In this document: positions 1 to 14,400 of the stretch, one piece after another
How positions within the stretch are numbered: the stretch's first letter is position 1
Layout: the number at the start of each line of letters is the position of its first letter
Source of the DNA: Owenia fusiformis
Lineage: Eukaryota
Direction: 5' to 3'
Assembly: GCA_903813345.2 (NCBI GenBank)
Contig: CAIIXF020000001.1
Coordinates: 15,500,001 to 15,564,000 of the forward strand
DNA length: 64,000 nt
Translations under genes and position numbers: made by a program
Notes under the pieces: generated by a model
What the model was told of the DNA's origin: nothing
What the model saw: the letters and a program-made list of their open reading frames with translations, nothing else
Database searches by the model: none

Positions 1-1520
1 TTTCTTACCTACAATATAATCATATTCGTCATCTAGTACATCCCGTATTTTTGAATTAATGTCTACAGCCTTTTCCTTTGTAAAATAGAGATAAAGTGCG
101 GCAAGAACTATGATATATGACAAACTCTGGAACATTGTAAAGCTGCGCAGTGTCTTCTGTCTAGGTTAACCTTGGTCTCTCACACTGACCCACAGATACT
201 TATACTCGAAATGTATTTTTGATAATGTGTCACGGCAGATCTATATATACCCAATGTAAGGTCAGCCAATAGCTACGTGTTGGGTTGTTGGCCCCATTTC
301 CGTTTATAGGACACTGGTGGGTAAATCAATAACTTTTTAAATGACTGGCTCTAAATATGGTTTGAAGCTAGAACATTATTCCTTTTCTCAGTTTTTATAT
401 TTCACTTGATTAATATGCAATATTTTCTGTTAAATTGTGTAAGAAAGTAAACATAGACCCATTAATGGTTCGGTAAAATAGCTATGACACCACAGTAGCA
501 TGGTAGAACTGTCGCTGTGCGCGTTCTTCAAAACTATGGGCGCCGGAACAGAAACAGAACGTAGCTGCAACTTTCTACGGTATATTTATGAACTTCATGG
601 GCGCATTGGGACGGGAAGGTGATTGACTGAGGCCCAGGGACTGAGGACTTATTTAAAGAGTGTTTATGAACGAAGTAGCTAATTATTTTAGGCCTATAGC
701 TATTTCTCGACCACAGCCAGATTTAACCCATTTTACGTCTTTTCTTTAGATCTGGAAAGAATGGTTGAAAACTAGCCTAGTTTGGTGCAATAGAGGTTTT
801 ACACTAATTTTACGGCAAAGAGAAACGGTAGAAAAATGTCTGCGGCGGCTGCAGATTGGATGGTTTTGTATTTTCAAGAATACTTTAAAGTATGTTAAAG
901 TTACCTCTTACCCATATTTTACCTGTTCATTATAATTCAAGATTCAAATGTATGAATAGTGTAGATATACTGAGTGAAAATTTCAGCCAGATTGACTGAG
1001 AAACAAAAAATAGAGTACTTTTGCAAGAACTTTATGAACGCCATGTATGTATATGATTTGTCAAATATTTGTATCCTCCAACACATCGTTCATGTTAATT
1101 CATGTTTTGTATCCTCCAAACATTAAAATATCATCTTTGGGAAAAAATATTTTTAGATTATTATTTCGAGAAATGAAAGTACTTTAATAAAAGTGTTTAT
1201 ATCATTATTATTTAATTTTTGAATTATTTGAATTGTCTTAGTAAGACTTTATTAAGCATATGTTGGAGGATACAAAATGACTTTAAGATTATGTGGAATA
1301 TAAACGTACAATCAAAAGTTAGTTGCATAATCATGTTATAACTTTGTTGGAATAGCGATGCATGTAACCTTTACATTTCTATTCCACATTGTATGCTTCC
1401 TTTTTATTTCCATGACCGACACATAACCATAAAAATTTGAATGATGTTTCTCATTCCCTCATTGCCCACGCTGCGTGTTTTTTCATGATATTATATTTTG
1501 AATGCCGTTTGTTGTTCCCT
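1..1520. repeat. Segmental duplicate (copy A) of 21453..23593: GMC exon 1 plus upstream region
   Basis: 1..~965 aligns with ~21453..22415 and ~1328..1520 aligns with ~23400..23593 at high identity. The intervening segments differ. Confidence 0.92.
9..135 (-). CDS. First coding exon of a second GMC oxidoreductase paralog (gene continues off the left edge)
   Basis: ATG at 135 reads [42 protein letters not shown] then G|GTAAG donor at 8-7. Near-identical to exon 1 at 21462..21588. YDYIV precedes the GxGxxG FAD motif in GMC enzymes. Confidence 0.9.
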
Positions 1521-1772
1521 GATACTTATACCGGTCCACAACAGTAATCTGGTGGGCCATATACCGAAAAACGGTATTAGTTCTTGGAATACCCCTCGGT
1601 CGATAGTGCACAATGTTCGTTTTCTTAATATTTACGGAAAGACGCCATTTGCTGCACCAAATGGTTAGTTCATCAAGCATACGTTGAATTCCATCTTCTG
1701 TGCTAGATATTAACGCAACGTCGTCGGCATATAGAAGTATTGATATTTCCTCGCCGTTAACATTAACATTTT
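1521..1772 (-). mobile_element. Non-LTR retrotransposon (LINE) reverse-transcriptase fragment
   Basis: Minus frame reads ...NGEEISILLYADDVALISSTEDGIQRMLDELTIWCSKWRLSVNIKKTNIV...VDRYKYQG: YADD catalytic motif plus the LxVNxxKT and YKYLG-like downstream RT motifs. Truncated at both ends. Confidence 0.85.
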
Positions 1773-2448
1773 GTTATGTATTTTAAATGAACCGTTTTAC
1801 TCGTACATCTCAAAAACCAATACGATGATATTCATTCTATCGGATAAGTTCGAAAACAATTATGTGTCCATATTAGTAAATGATGTGATGTTTGTATGTA
1901 TATTCATTTATTTCTGTCTCTCACGTAAAGTACATCCAGCCGTTGCCGAGACTCATCAATCAATTTTTAAAGCTAAAGCCGTGTCATTCATTTCATTGCA
2001 TCGTTATCAATTTTAGTCATACTACTGTACTTTAGCTTTAAAATGGGTTCTTAATGATTATTCATATAATACCAATAACATGATTCATAAAATGATTCAT
2101 AAAAGACTCACTTTAACTCATTTTTCAACTTACATGAATGTACACTAGTGTGATACACAAGGGGCCCTTTTGGTCTATTAATTACATCATACAATAAATT
2201 CAGATATATCTGAATTGTAAAAGATATATCTGAATTGAAAATACTTTTAAAAATGAATGAAAAATAAGTCTAAAGTTACGATTGTTAAATCAAATCTGCA
2301 GCCTTGATCGTATAAAAAATATCTAGTGCATTGATTTTTGCTGGAAGCATGGTGTTTAAAGTTAATTATGCGTCCATATATATGGATCATGTGAAAGCTT
2401 TCAAAAATTTTAATAATGTAGGGTCTGATCAATAAGAAAAGGGAATCT

Positions 2449-5400
2449 TTAAGATTGTCTAATCAAATCTGCAGCCTTCTCTCCTATCATAATAGATGGC
2501 GCATTGGTGTTGCCTGATACGACATGAGGCATAATCGATGCATCTGCCACTCTCAGATTCTCAATCCCTTTCACTCTGCAAAACATGACAATACTTTGAA
2601 AGATCTCGGGCAAAGGCATTACTCGTTTAACTAGACATGTAAAAATTGAACAAGTTCAATTTAAGACTCCTAAGATTTCAGACTTTTTTAAGCTGGGTAA
2701 TGCCTGAGACTAACATAAATGGGATTGGAAGCCTTCCATTGACCATGTATTAAATTTTCAAAATCCCCACGCCACACGAGATTTCTCAAGATTTGGATTC
2801 TAGACGATCACCATTGGCGAATTCTTTTCGCCGGAGCTGTGCTTTTCTACAATTATGTAATTATACTCACTGTCTGGTATGTATTTAATCTATTAAATGG
2901 TATTATTGGGTGCATACATTAATTATTGGAAAATAGTAGAATCTGCATCAGAAACGTCCTTACAATACCATAATAGGCGATTGAAAAATTGAGAAAAAAT
3001 TTCACAAGGAAGACTGTCGAAGAATCCGTGGATTTTTGACGATTTATGTTAAAAATGACATAATTTATGTGTTTATAAAGTTATATATAGGTTATACATC
3101 AACAAGTAGGGCTTTCCTTCTCACTTTTTCTCACATTTTTGCAAAAATCTTTCGTCCATTTTTCAGTCAAAAAAGAATTTTCTCAAAAGTTTTCTCTTGC
3201 AGATAAATTATCCAGAAAAGCCACTGATATGGTCCATATATCATTGGAAAGAGCAAACTTAGTAGGTCATCTCAGACTTTTCATTTGGATTATAGATTGG
3301 TTCTTTTAATTGACATAGCTGATTGAAATCATTGTATTGGCAAAACTTCCCCTAACTCCTTGATTGCCTTGTGACTGATTATTTTTCAAAATTTTCATTA
3401 TCCAAATATCCTTCAGATATGGTTAATACGTCACTCTTTTCACGATAAATCGCCCACGATTTTTCAAAAGTTTACTTTTCGAAATAAATTCACCCAGACT
3501 TCTCCCATATATGGTTCATATATCACTGGAAAGAGCAGAATTAGTAGAATTCCAAAGATTTTTCACTGAAATGATGACAGCTTTGCTTTTTTAATTGTCA
3601 TAGTCCCCTGAAATCATGGTATTGGCCAAGCTTTCCCCTAGCTTCGCGATAAATTACCTATGATTTTTCAAAAATTTACTTTTCACATGAAATTCACCCA
3701 GACATCTACCATAATATATCGTTCATATATCACTGGAAAGAGCAGAATTATTAGAATTCCCAAAATTATTCACTGAAATGATAGCTTTCCTTTTTTATTG
3801 TCATAGTCCACTGAAATCATGATATTGGCCTAACTTTCCCCTCCTTTCGCGATAAATTGCCTATGATTTTTCAAAAGTTTACTTTTCCAAAATATTGATC
3901 CAGACATCCCCCATATATGGTTCATATATCACTGGAAAGAGCAGAATTGGTAGAATTCCAAAAATTATTCACTGAAATGATAGCTTTCCTTTTTTAATAT
4001 GCGAGTAGAAATAATCTTGATTTACGTCATTAATAATTCAAAATTCGGTCAAACTGATGTCATATTTGGAATCTACATGTAAAATTACATTAGGAAATGT
4101 GGTTTTGAAAAGAGTTTATCAACTTTGAAAATTTAATTTTCTTTGAAAATGTGACTTCTAGGTCGGGGAGATTCCCCATAGAGCCCATGTTGTAAAATCA
4201 CACAAAGTGAAATATCTTTTTTTGTGTTGGGCAGATAATATTTCTTTTACTAGACATATTTTAATTTGTATAACTATCAGATACATAAAGGTAATATGAA
4301 AAGTGAACCATTAAAACTGATGCATATTCGAGTTTAAGGAAATTTTGTAATACCCTGCCATGTTAATTCCCCCGAATCAGCCACCTGGTGGCGAAACTGG
4401 TAACTGCCAACTCGCATCTGAGTAATTGTCATAGTCCACTAAAATCATGGTATTGGCCTTATTTTCCCCTCGTTTCGCGATAAATCACCTATGATTTTTC
4501 AAAAGTTTACTTTTCCAATGAAATTCACCCGTACATCTACCATATATGGTTCATATATCACTGGAAAGAGCAGAATTAGTAGAATTCCAAAAATTATTCA
4601 TTGAACTGATAGCTTTCCTTTTTTTAATTGTCATAATTGTTATGATGGTCTCAGGTAATACAGAATAAGATGAGTCATCCAAAATAAGCTGAGTCAACCA
4701 GAATATAGACATTTAGACAATCCTTAGGTAGGGTTTCTTCCACCCTTACTTCAGAAGTCACACATTAAATTTGGAGAACTTTTTGTTTTGACCCACTTTC
4801 CGGACACCATATCTCAAAAATGGGCCAAAATACTTTGGAACGGCAAAATCCTAACGCTGTTAGCGTACTCTTTGTTATCTATATACCAAGTTTCATAGAA
4901 CATTATTAAAGTGTAGAATCAGAATCGTAAAAATAAGGAAAAATTATGTAAAGGACAAGTCTCGGTTTGGAGAACAGTCCCCTGGGCTAATACTTTTTTA
5001 TGAAAAATATAGAAATATCAACAGATCAACCAAATTAGATTATGAATATTCAAAAGAGGACATGTAAATTTACAAGATGTAAAAATATCAAAGTCCGAAG
5101 CAGGGGTAACACTCAATTAGACCGATCCAATAAAATACAAGTGGAGTAGTGACAGAATTATAAATCGGGATTAATGTACCTTAACTGTGGGTCTACGACT
5201 GAGTTCTTATCAGTAGCTGGTCCCATTCTGCATGTTGATGATGGATGGAATGTAGTCCACATGTTTGCTCTTATGAAACAATCCCAGTAAGCATCGGTGC
5301 CAAATCGGTGAGCTTTACATAAAGGGTGGTGATTTCTTTTCAGTTCAAATCCTCCCCTTTTGAATACATTTGTTTTTGCAAGTTTTTCTGTCCACACCCT

Positions 5401-8400
5401 TATCCCTATATATGAAACATGATTTCAGAAATATAGCAATGATTATTTATTTAGTTAGGTTTCAATTCAGCTAGGCTAACTACATATTGTATGAAAATGT
5501 GTTGACCTATTTTTAATTTTTTAGATTAATTATATGATGATTGAACATGTATTAATTATTAACCTGCCGTCAAATGTTTCACATCAACTGAATTTTTGAG
5601 GTAGTTTGGCTCAATCAATGGATGATCAAATGGATCCGTGCTCTGAAGTCTAATTGTACCATTGGTAGCTTGATGGAGCAATGTGACAAGGACACTGATT
5701 CCAGTTTTTCCGTTCAGTTCCTCATCTGGGTATATTGTATTCCACACCTGAAATTGTATTGGAACAGTTCATTCCATAACTGAAGGTGCATTAAAATAGA
5801 CCATTATACAACTGAAAGTACATTGAAATAGACCATTGTATAACTGAAAATGCATTGAAGTAGACTATTGCAAAACTGAAAGCGCACTAAAATAGTCCAT
5901 TACATAACTTGAAAGTGCATTGAAGTAGACTATTGCATACTCGTAACTGAAAGTACACTAAACTAGTCCAATGCATAACTGAAAGTGCATTGAAGTAGAC
6001 CATTGCATACTCGTAACGGAAAGTACACTAAAATAGTCCATTGCATATCTGAAAGCATTGAAATAGGCAATTGCATAACTGAAAGTGCATTGAAGTAGAC
6101 TATTGCATAACTAAAAGTACACTAAAATAGTCCATTACAAAACTGAAAGTGCATTGAAATAGACCATTGCATAACTGAAAGTGCATTGCAGTAGACTATT
6201 GCATAACTGGAAGTACACTAAAATAGACCATTGCATAACTGAAAGTGCATTGAAGTAGAGTATTGCAAAACTGAAAGTACACTAAAATAGTCCATTACAT
6301 AACTTGAAAGTGCATTGAAATAGACCATTGCATAGCTGAAAGTGCATTGAGGTAGACTATCGCATAACTTAGAGTACACTAAAATAGTCCATTACATAAC
6401 TGAATGTGCATTTAAGTAGACTATTGCACAACTGAAAGCGAACTAAAATAGTCCATTACATTACTTGAAAGTGCATTGAAATAGGCCATTGCATAACTGA
6501 TATGGCATTGAAGTAGAGCATTGCATAACTGAAAGTATACTAAAATAGTCCATTAAATAACTGAATAAAGGACCCACGGTCCTGCGCTCACACAGTTTGG
6601 AACCTTCAGAGGAATGTATATCCTGACTTTCAAACAAAAATATTGATTTGGATTTGTAGTCTCGAACTTTGAGAAACTTAGATAGCACAGTTGTGTGACC
6701 TAGTTTGATGACCTTTGACCTTGAAAATTTTACTTATTCAGAGCTCAGTAAGGTCTTTTGTGATTAAGCTGACCAAAATTTATATCCAAAAATCAATTGC
6801 AAAAATCAACTTTTTTTACCTTTCGAAGGTCACTGAAGGTCAAGTGAAGGTCAAATCCTAAAACTAATGTCAAATGGCAACTTGTAGATGATTTTCAAAA
6901 AAAATGGTCAAATTGAAGCAAGTTGAAAAATAACTTATTTTTACTGTTTTTTTACGTCAAATATCTCAAAAACGGTAAAAATTTGATGCTGACATATATT
7001 GAGCAATATGTAAGGAATGCTTAAATCTAGTAATGATGTAATTCATTGCAAGAAATGATCAAGTAAAAGGCAAACTTTGAGAAACTTGTCAATCACAAAA
7101 CCTGCCATTGACTTTATACATGAGAAAGTTTCCTGAAAATGATGTAGTCCTACTTTTTGTCAAACACCAAAAACTGTAATTCCAAGAGCTTTGAAATCTT
7201 CAAAGGACATAACTTGCATATACAGCAATTAGTACAAGTTATTTGAAAGTTCTATACTTCAACAAAGTGTCTAGTATTTACAGAAAATTTGACTTTTTGA
7301 CGTCAAAATCAGCAATTTCTCGGAAACCGGGCGAACTTGGGAAATGGTGATGATAGGTCAAATAGGCATTATGGATATGCATAAAATGATATGATTCAAT
7401 CCGAATAGCAGTTTTAATTTGTGCGGCCAATGTTGACGGACGGACGGACGCCTGGTCGATCCAATAGGCTCACTGTGTGAGCCAAAAAGCATTGAAATAG
7501 ACCATTGCATAAATGGAAGTGAATTGAAGTAAACTATTGCATAACTGAAAGCGCACTAAAATAGTTCATTACATAACTGAAAGTGCATTGAAATAGATCA
7601 TTGCATAACTGAAAGTGCATTGAAGTAGACCATTGCATAACTAAAGTACATTGAAGTAGACTATTGCATAACTGAAAGTACAATAAAAAAAGTCCATTAC
7701 ATAACTAAAAGTGCATAAAAATAGACCATGCATTACTGAAAGTGCATTGACGCAGACTATTGCATAACTGGAAGTGCACTAAAAGTCCATTACATAACTG
7801 AAAGTACACTTAAATAGTCCATTACATATCTAAAAGTGCATTGGAATAGACCATTACATAACTAAAGTGTATTAAAGTAGACGATTGCATAATTGAAAGC
7901 GCACTAAAAGAGTCCATTACATAACTGAGAGTGCATTAAGATAAACCATAACATAACTGAAAGCCCCTTGATATACTCCATTACATAATTGAAAGTGCTT
8001 TTGAACATTGCATTTCATTCATAGCTGGTATTAATTTTGCACTGAAATAGCGGATTATACATAACTGAAAGTGCAATGAAACAGTCTGTTACATAACCTC
8101 AAAACCATGGAAATATTGCAATTCCATACCTGAAAGTACATTGACATATTGCATTTCATAGCCGACATTTCATTGAAACAGTTCATTCCATAACTGACTT
8201 CCATATTATATTTGAAGGCACCTTGAAATATATTTGAAGGCACCTTGAAATTTAAATTGATACAAAAGCTCCGTCGACGACTAGACCTATATGAGGCGTA
8301 CGATATTTTGCAAGCTATATTTTAGCAGTACCTCATCAGTATATCCCATATTGCCTTTTATATAATCCGTTCCTTTATCACTTCCCCATATTACTGATAA

Positions 8401-11400
8401 TACATGAAACTGGATGTATGGGAATTTGTGATCATCTGGCTGGTAAGGAGATCTCATGAAGTACATCATGTCTGCCATTGGATTCTTCCATACACCTGTG
8501 AAAGACAAACATAAAATGGTTCACTCTTTATTTGTAGGTCCACATAAAATGCCTAAGAACAAGATTGTATTTTTCAAAAACCATGACCATTAAGAACTGG
8601 TTAATTCACATGGTTATTATTTGAGACACCAACCTGTTCCAAAGAGTTTATACTTCAAGGTCTCAAGTAAAGATAACGCTTGGTTTTCTGTTATGGCATC
8701 AACTTTGGTAAAAAATGTCAGCATGTCTGATGAAGAATGTTCCTCCATATTTTCCCCAACTGGTAGGTCTGCCACTACTGGTATCTAAGAAAGGGATGAA
8801 TTGTTCCATTTCCCATTGGTTTACATTAGGAAATGATGATTTTCAAAAATTCATCAAAATCATCAATTTTCGACCTACTTTAATTGAGGAAAAAATTGGG
8901 GGAGGCATTGGAAATGAAGTCAAGTTACATTTTCATCAATATCCTAAGTATTTTCCTCGCAGGACATGTAAATCTAAATTCAAACATAAAGAGGCTTTAA
9001 TACGTAGTTCAATGAGGGAGTTAAGGTTGCCAAACCTTTGGAGGGGAGTGTACACGAAGGAGCTCTGGATGAGTTTGTACGTATATATGATTCTACAAAA
9101 CTCACTCCTATCTCTTCAAGGTGTTTCTTAGGTCCTATTCCAGACAGTAGGAGAATGTGAGCTGATCCAACAGCACCTCCTGATATTATAACTTCCTTTC
9201 TTGCTTTCACATTTTTCTTGACCAATCCCCTTATATAAGCTACACCAACTGCTTTCTTGCCTTCTAGGAGGACCTGTTTCCAATACAGTTACAATACAAA
9301 AACAATGTCGATTTCATTAAAAAATTAACACGCCTAACCATCGACAACGTACAGTGACAAAATATACGGGTGTACACGTTAGTTGTTTCAAGCAAAAATT
9401 GTGATGTTGATTTTAAAAGAAGTTTCTATGGAATATGATGAAGTATCTCATGTTAAATTTTATGTGCATGCTCTTGGCAAGACTTTTAACTTTCAGAGTA
9501 CGATTTTTTTCTAGGTAATTCCACCCACGTAAATGTGAATGTAACCAACATTTCCCAACCCATCCATCTTGTGGTTGGGATACCTAGAAAAAAAATATGA
9601 TTCGAAGCGTAAATTACGTTTATTAATCGTATCTCGAAAATTTTGAGGCCGCTATTTTTGTTTGTCGATTTTGACCAATTAGAGACGTATGTCTCAATAC
9701 AGGTCTAAATTATAAACGTAGGTCATCTTTGAACTCTGCAGTAATCCCCCTGAACGCGTACCTCAATTTAATTTCAACTAAGATTTTCGCCAGCTAAAAT
9801 GTCACTCGACTTTTTTGCAAAAAAACTTCCAAAAAGTAACAGTCGCATTAATTCACATTGTCGTACTTACAAAATGATCCACCGCCTAACTTATGCACCA
9901 TCGAACTCGGTAATATTGTACACGTAACTATTAATTACCGTATATTCCCATATAAAACTGGGCTTGCTTTTCAACATTTCAAGCGAAAATTCTCTACGGA
10001 GCTTTTGTTTTTCTGACGTAATTTCTTCTAAGAAATCGGTGACGTGATAGGTTCAGTTCATCTTATTTCGAAAGGGTTGTCATCTATTTAGAATATTTAT
10101 TTTCATTTTGTCCAGTCCTATATACAACCTGCCCTTATCCTTTTCGCTTGTAAAACCGCGTAGTAATGTTGAAATTATGGAATAGATTCTCTGATTTGGC
10201 GACATGTCTGCATCTCTACCATTTTGCGTTTGACACCCCTCGTTTTGGGCGAGTCCAAGTAAACCGCACATCCGGGTGATTAGAAAATAGACATTTTTCA
10301 AGAAAATTCGAGCGGTGAGACAGATTACCCTGGTCAAACTGAGTTTTTGACGAAACGTATGAAAGAATCAATATTTGTGATATACATTAAGCGCCAATTT
10401 GAAACTTCAGAATGCCTTCTGTGATTATCACAAAAAAAGTCGAGTGACATTTTAGCTGGCGAAAATCTTAGCTCAAATATAAACTGACTTTTGTGACGTG
10501 AGCTTGTGTTGCTACGTGTAGATTTTTTCTGTCCATATATGGCTCTAAGAAGGCAGTTGCAGTGCTAGACCTCTCTCCATTGGCATCTATAGTTACCTGG
10601 GCTGCGTTCCAGCCTAGGGAAGAGACAAAATAACACCGACTTGATGTACAACACAACGTTCCATACAATACATAGTACAGGGTGGTCAAAAAAATGGAAA
10701 CCCTGCATTTTCCTTATATCTTTTTCACTTTAAGGAATTACTCCCTGATATTTCATACATTTGTACATCATTCAATTTCCTACCACCCTACCACATGTCA
10801 TGACCATCAGACTGATAGTCACAATTTTACAGCACTTTGAATAACATGCTTCAGATTTGGCCATTATCGCGCTGTAGGCAAAACAGCACAGTTGTCAATG
10901 ACCCGAATGCATTCCTCAGCAGGTATGGCCTAAATGACACAAATGATCTCACTTTTGAGGTTTGCAATTGTCCTGAGGTCATTCTCATATACTCTATCTT
11001 TGCCATATCCCCACAGGTAGGGACATTTTAGACGATGAGTACAGGTTTCCCCACAACGCAATAGTGGCCACTGGGCATGTTCTTTAAAGTACTGTAACAT
11101 TGTGACTGTCAATCTGATGGTCATGAAATAAAGTAGGCTGGTAGCAAATTGAATGATGTACACAGGTGTAAAATAATAGGGAGTTATTTCATAAAACGAC
11201 AAAGATATGAGGAAAATGGTATTAGGGTTTCCATTTTTTTGACCACCCTGTACGATGTATATGCCGCCGAGAACGATTGAACTTTTTAATGGTTGTAAAT
11301 GCAATTGTATTTTCAATGGTGAACAATTGTATAACTATATTATCAGTTAACCTATAATCCCATGGTTTAATTTAGCCCACCCTGTGAATATTACTATGAA

Positions 11401-14400
11401 CAAGTAAGTCAAGTGATATATCTGATCCACAAAGTATCCACAAATGCTTTTCACTTTCAGGACTACTTTTCATATCTTAAGTTAAGAGCTGAATGAAACT
11501 GAAAATGGTTTACCCATTTGATCTTCGCCATTGTAATCCTCTGTAGTTTTGAATCCTGCTTCAACCGCTGCATCATAAACATACTTTATACATTCAACTT
11601 CATCCACAACTGATACTTGTAGAGGCCCTGAGGTGCCATGGTATTCTATAAATTATAGACACATATATGATATCTATTAAAAGCCAATACTGTATTCTAA
11701 CTTCTATCTGGATCATATAATTGATATAATCACATTTTGTTATTAGAGGCTAGGACTTGAGCGAACACTTCTTTTAGTAATTTACTTCCATAAAATCATA
11801 CCAGGATTGGAAACAGGAATTCAAAAAATATAAAAATCCAGATTCCCGCCTCAAGTAGCTCATCTTGGTGACTTGAACTTGCACAGCTGTATTAACAATA
11901 ATCCAATCACTCGAAATTTTAAGTGTATCTATTAGCCACATTTGACTGTTTCTTGTCAACTGGTAAATGCAGTCAGAGTTTTGGCAATGGATGACGTGAT
12001 CAGAAGTGCACCACGGGTGTTCGATAGCAGTAAACCATGATGTCTTTCAATAGAATTACGTTAGTGTAAATGGGCCTGGATGAGCTTTTTGTTTAAAACA
12101 CGTGATCATGTAATGAGCACTGCAGGACTTATTGTTCTTTTTAGACCTCTAAAACTCATTAAAATATTACGCAATTCACCAGCACCGCGGGATTACAAAA
12201 AGACAGCCTTAGTGTGTTCCAGTGATTTAAGTATAACGCGGTATCCCCGCCAGAACCGCGCGAACGATCGCGCGACCATTTTATTAGTCGCGCGACAATT
12301 TTACAGTTCCGCGATCATAATCAACCAATAGAAAGTGATGGTTTATTCGCGCGAAAACATGAACTATTCGCGCGACCATTCGCGCGGTTCTGGCGGCGAT
12401 ACCGCGTCATATTTAGGCCTATGCACACTGGTCAAGTGAGTCCCCAACCTAGTTATAAAGACGTTTGGATGAACTTTCGTCGGAGGAAATATTTATTTTC
12501 GTCATTTTCATCAAGAAAGAGGTCGATTTGTATCCAAATATTTTACTGAAAATCTATGCTGTCACGAGCAAATATATCCACTCGTTTCAAAAATCGAGTG
12601 GAATTCCTCACTTCAGCAAACAGGACGTAATCTGGTGAATTTCATAACGTCTGGCTATTATTACCACCTTGCCGGTCCTATTCTAGGGGTATTAGTGCTA
12701 GTTTAGAAGAATTTTATTTTACTATATTGACCTGAGCAATATGTAACGTCATTATGGCGGGCCACAGTGGCGGGCCAATATTGGATTAATTAACAGCCCG
12801 TCAATGTTCCCCGGGAAATTAGATATCGTTAAGTGCGTATAATTTTGTTCAGTGGCAGTCCGTTCTTGCTATTTCAGCCCTGGGCATAAACGATGGTAAT
12901 AATACTAATAACCTCATTATTGCGGGCAAAATAATGAACTATTAAACCTTGGGCCTTCGGGCCTTGGTCCAATATAAAGCCGTTATTCACCAGGAGGGAT
13001 TTGATATGGGGAATATCTCAAGGATCTATTGAAAGCCCATGATATCACCCGATGGATATTCCTCATATCACAGTGGCGTAGGAACAATGTACGCCAAAAC
13101 GCCAGTGCGTAGTGTTGAAAAGTGAGAATAAAAAGGCTTATTAATTTTCCTATGTTCTTTATTCATATTTTATCATTGTATTGTGCAAAAGTAATCTCGA
13201 GCACACTAGCCTAAAGAAATGTTTTGTGGATACCATATGATATGCTCGATTTTTTCAATAGTTCTCTTTTGCATGGTTTTTGTGCCTCTGTTATTTTTCT
13301 AACCTGGGCCACAGATAAATGACACTTTTTGAAAAATAAAATAATGAAAGTTACCTTGTTTCTACAGTTCTAATACTGTAGAAAATGCAAAGTAATCGTT
13401 ATTGCTCTGTTTGGCAAATAAGCATTTAACAGTGGATTGAATTACATTACCAACATGCTTTATTTCATGAAAATCGAGCCACTATTGACTATCTTATGGA
13501 TTTTAAAACTAAAATACCATTTCGCAAAATTTTCGTGATTCGCGTTCTCATCACGAATTAGAGAAAAACAGTTTTTTTCAAAAACTACTTGATGAATACC
13601 TTTGCAATTTTTGTGCATGTTCCGTAATGCTTATGCAAACTGTGGTATCATTTAATTATAATGATGATGAACCTCTTTAAATTAAATGTATATTTTTCTA
13701 TTCTCCCCTACCCCCAATTTTTCAATTTCACTATATCGATTTATATTCCGTTGCGAGGCAAAATCATACACAGAAATTATAGTTAAAGGGACAAAGTGCG
13801 TAAATGAAGTCTCTCTTTTGATCTTCATAGTATTTCCAATGAATTAATAAGTACCTGATCTTTCATTTGACACCAAAAACAGCTCAAACAGACCACATCA
13901 GAGTTGACACTAGATCATGAAAACATATTTTTGATCTATCAATTTATATGTGTCAATTTCTAAGCAGTGTCATAGAAAGATGGCATTGTTGTTTGCATTG
14001 ATTATCCATTCATTTTTGATAGGATTTTCAAGCATACGCCATCTTTTAATCCAAGAGTTATTTGGAACATACACTTTCTGAAAAGTGGTAATTCACTTTT
14101 TTCAATCTCTGAACTTCAAATTCCGTTTTCTGTGCGAGTAATTTTTTTTCACTGCAGTATTATCCCAAATTAAAGTTTTTATCATATTTGATTGACTGTG
14201 TGAGTGACATGTCTCAAATAATTTTTTGTTCCTTTTCTTTCAATAATAGGCGCATTGCCTGTTTAAGTCAGCAATTATCTGTTTTCTTACTAAATCACCA
14301 ATTGTTATTGTTAGTACTACTAAAAATATGAATGTTAAAGACAAAAACAACTTGAAAATGTTGTGATTCTTCAATTACGCGTTCCATTGATCTCAGTTCT

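Noticed and set aside
8715-9131. 138-aa plus-strand ORF
   Set aside because: Antisense across GMC exons and an intron; no recognisable motif.
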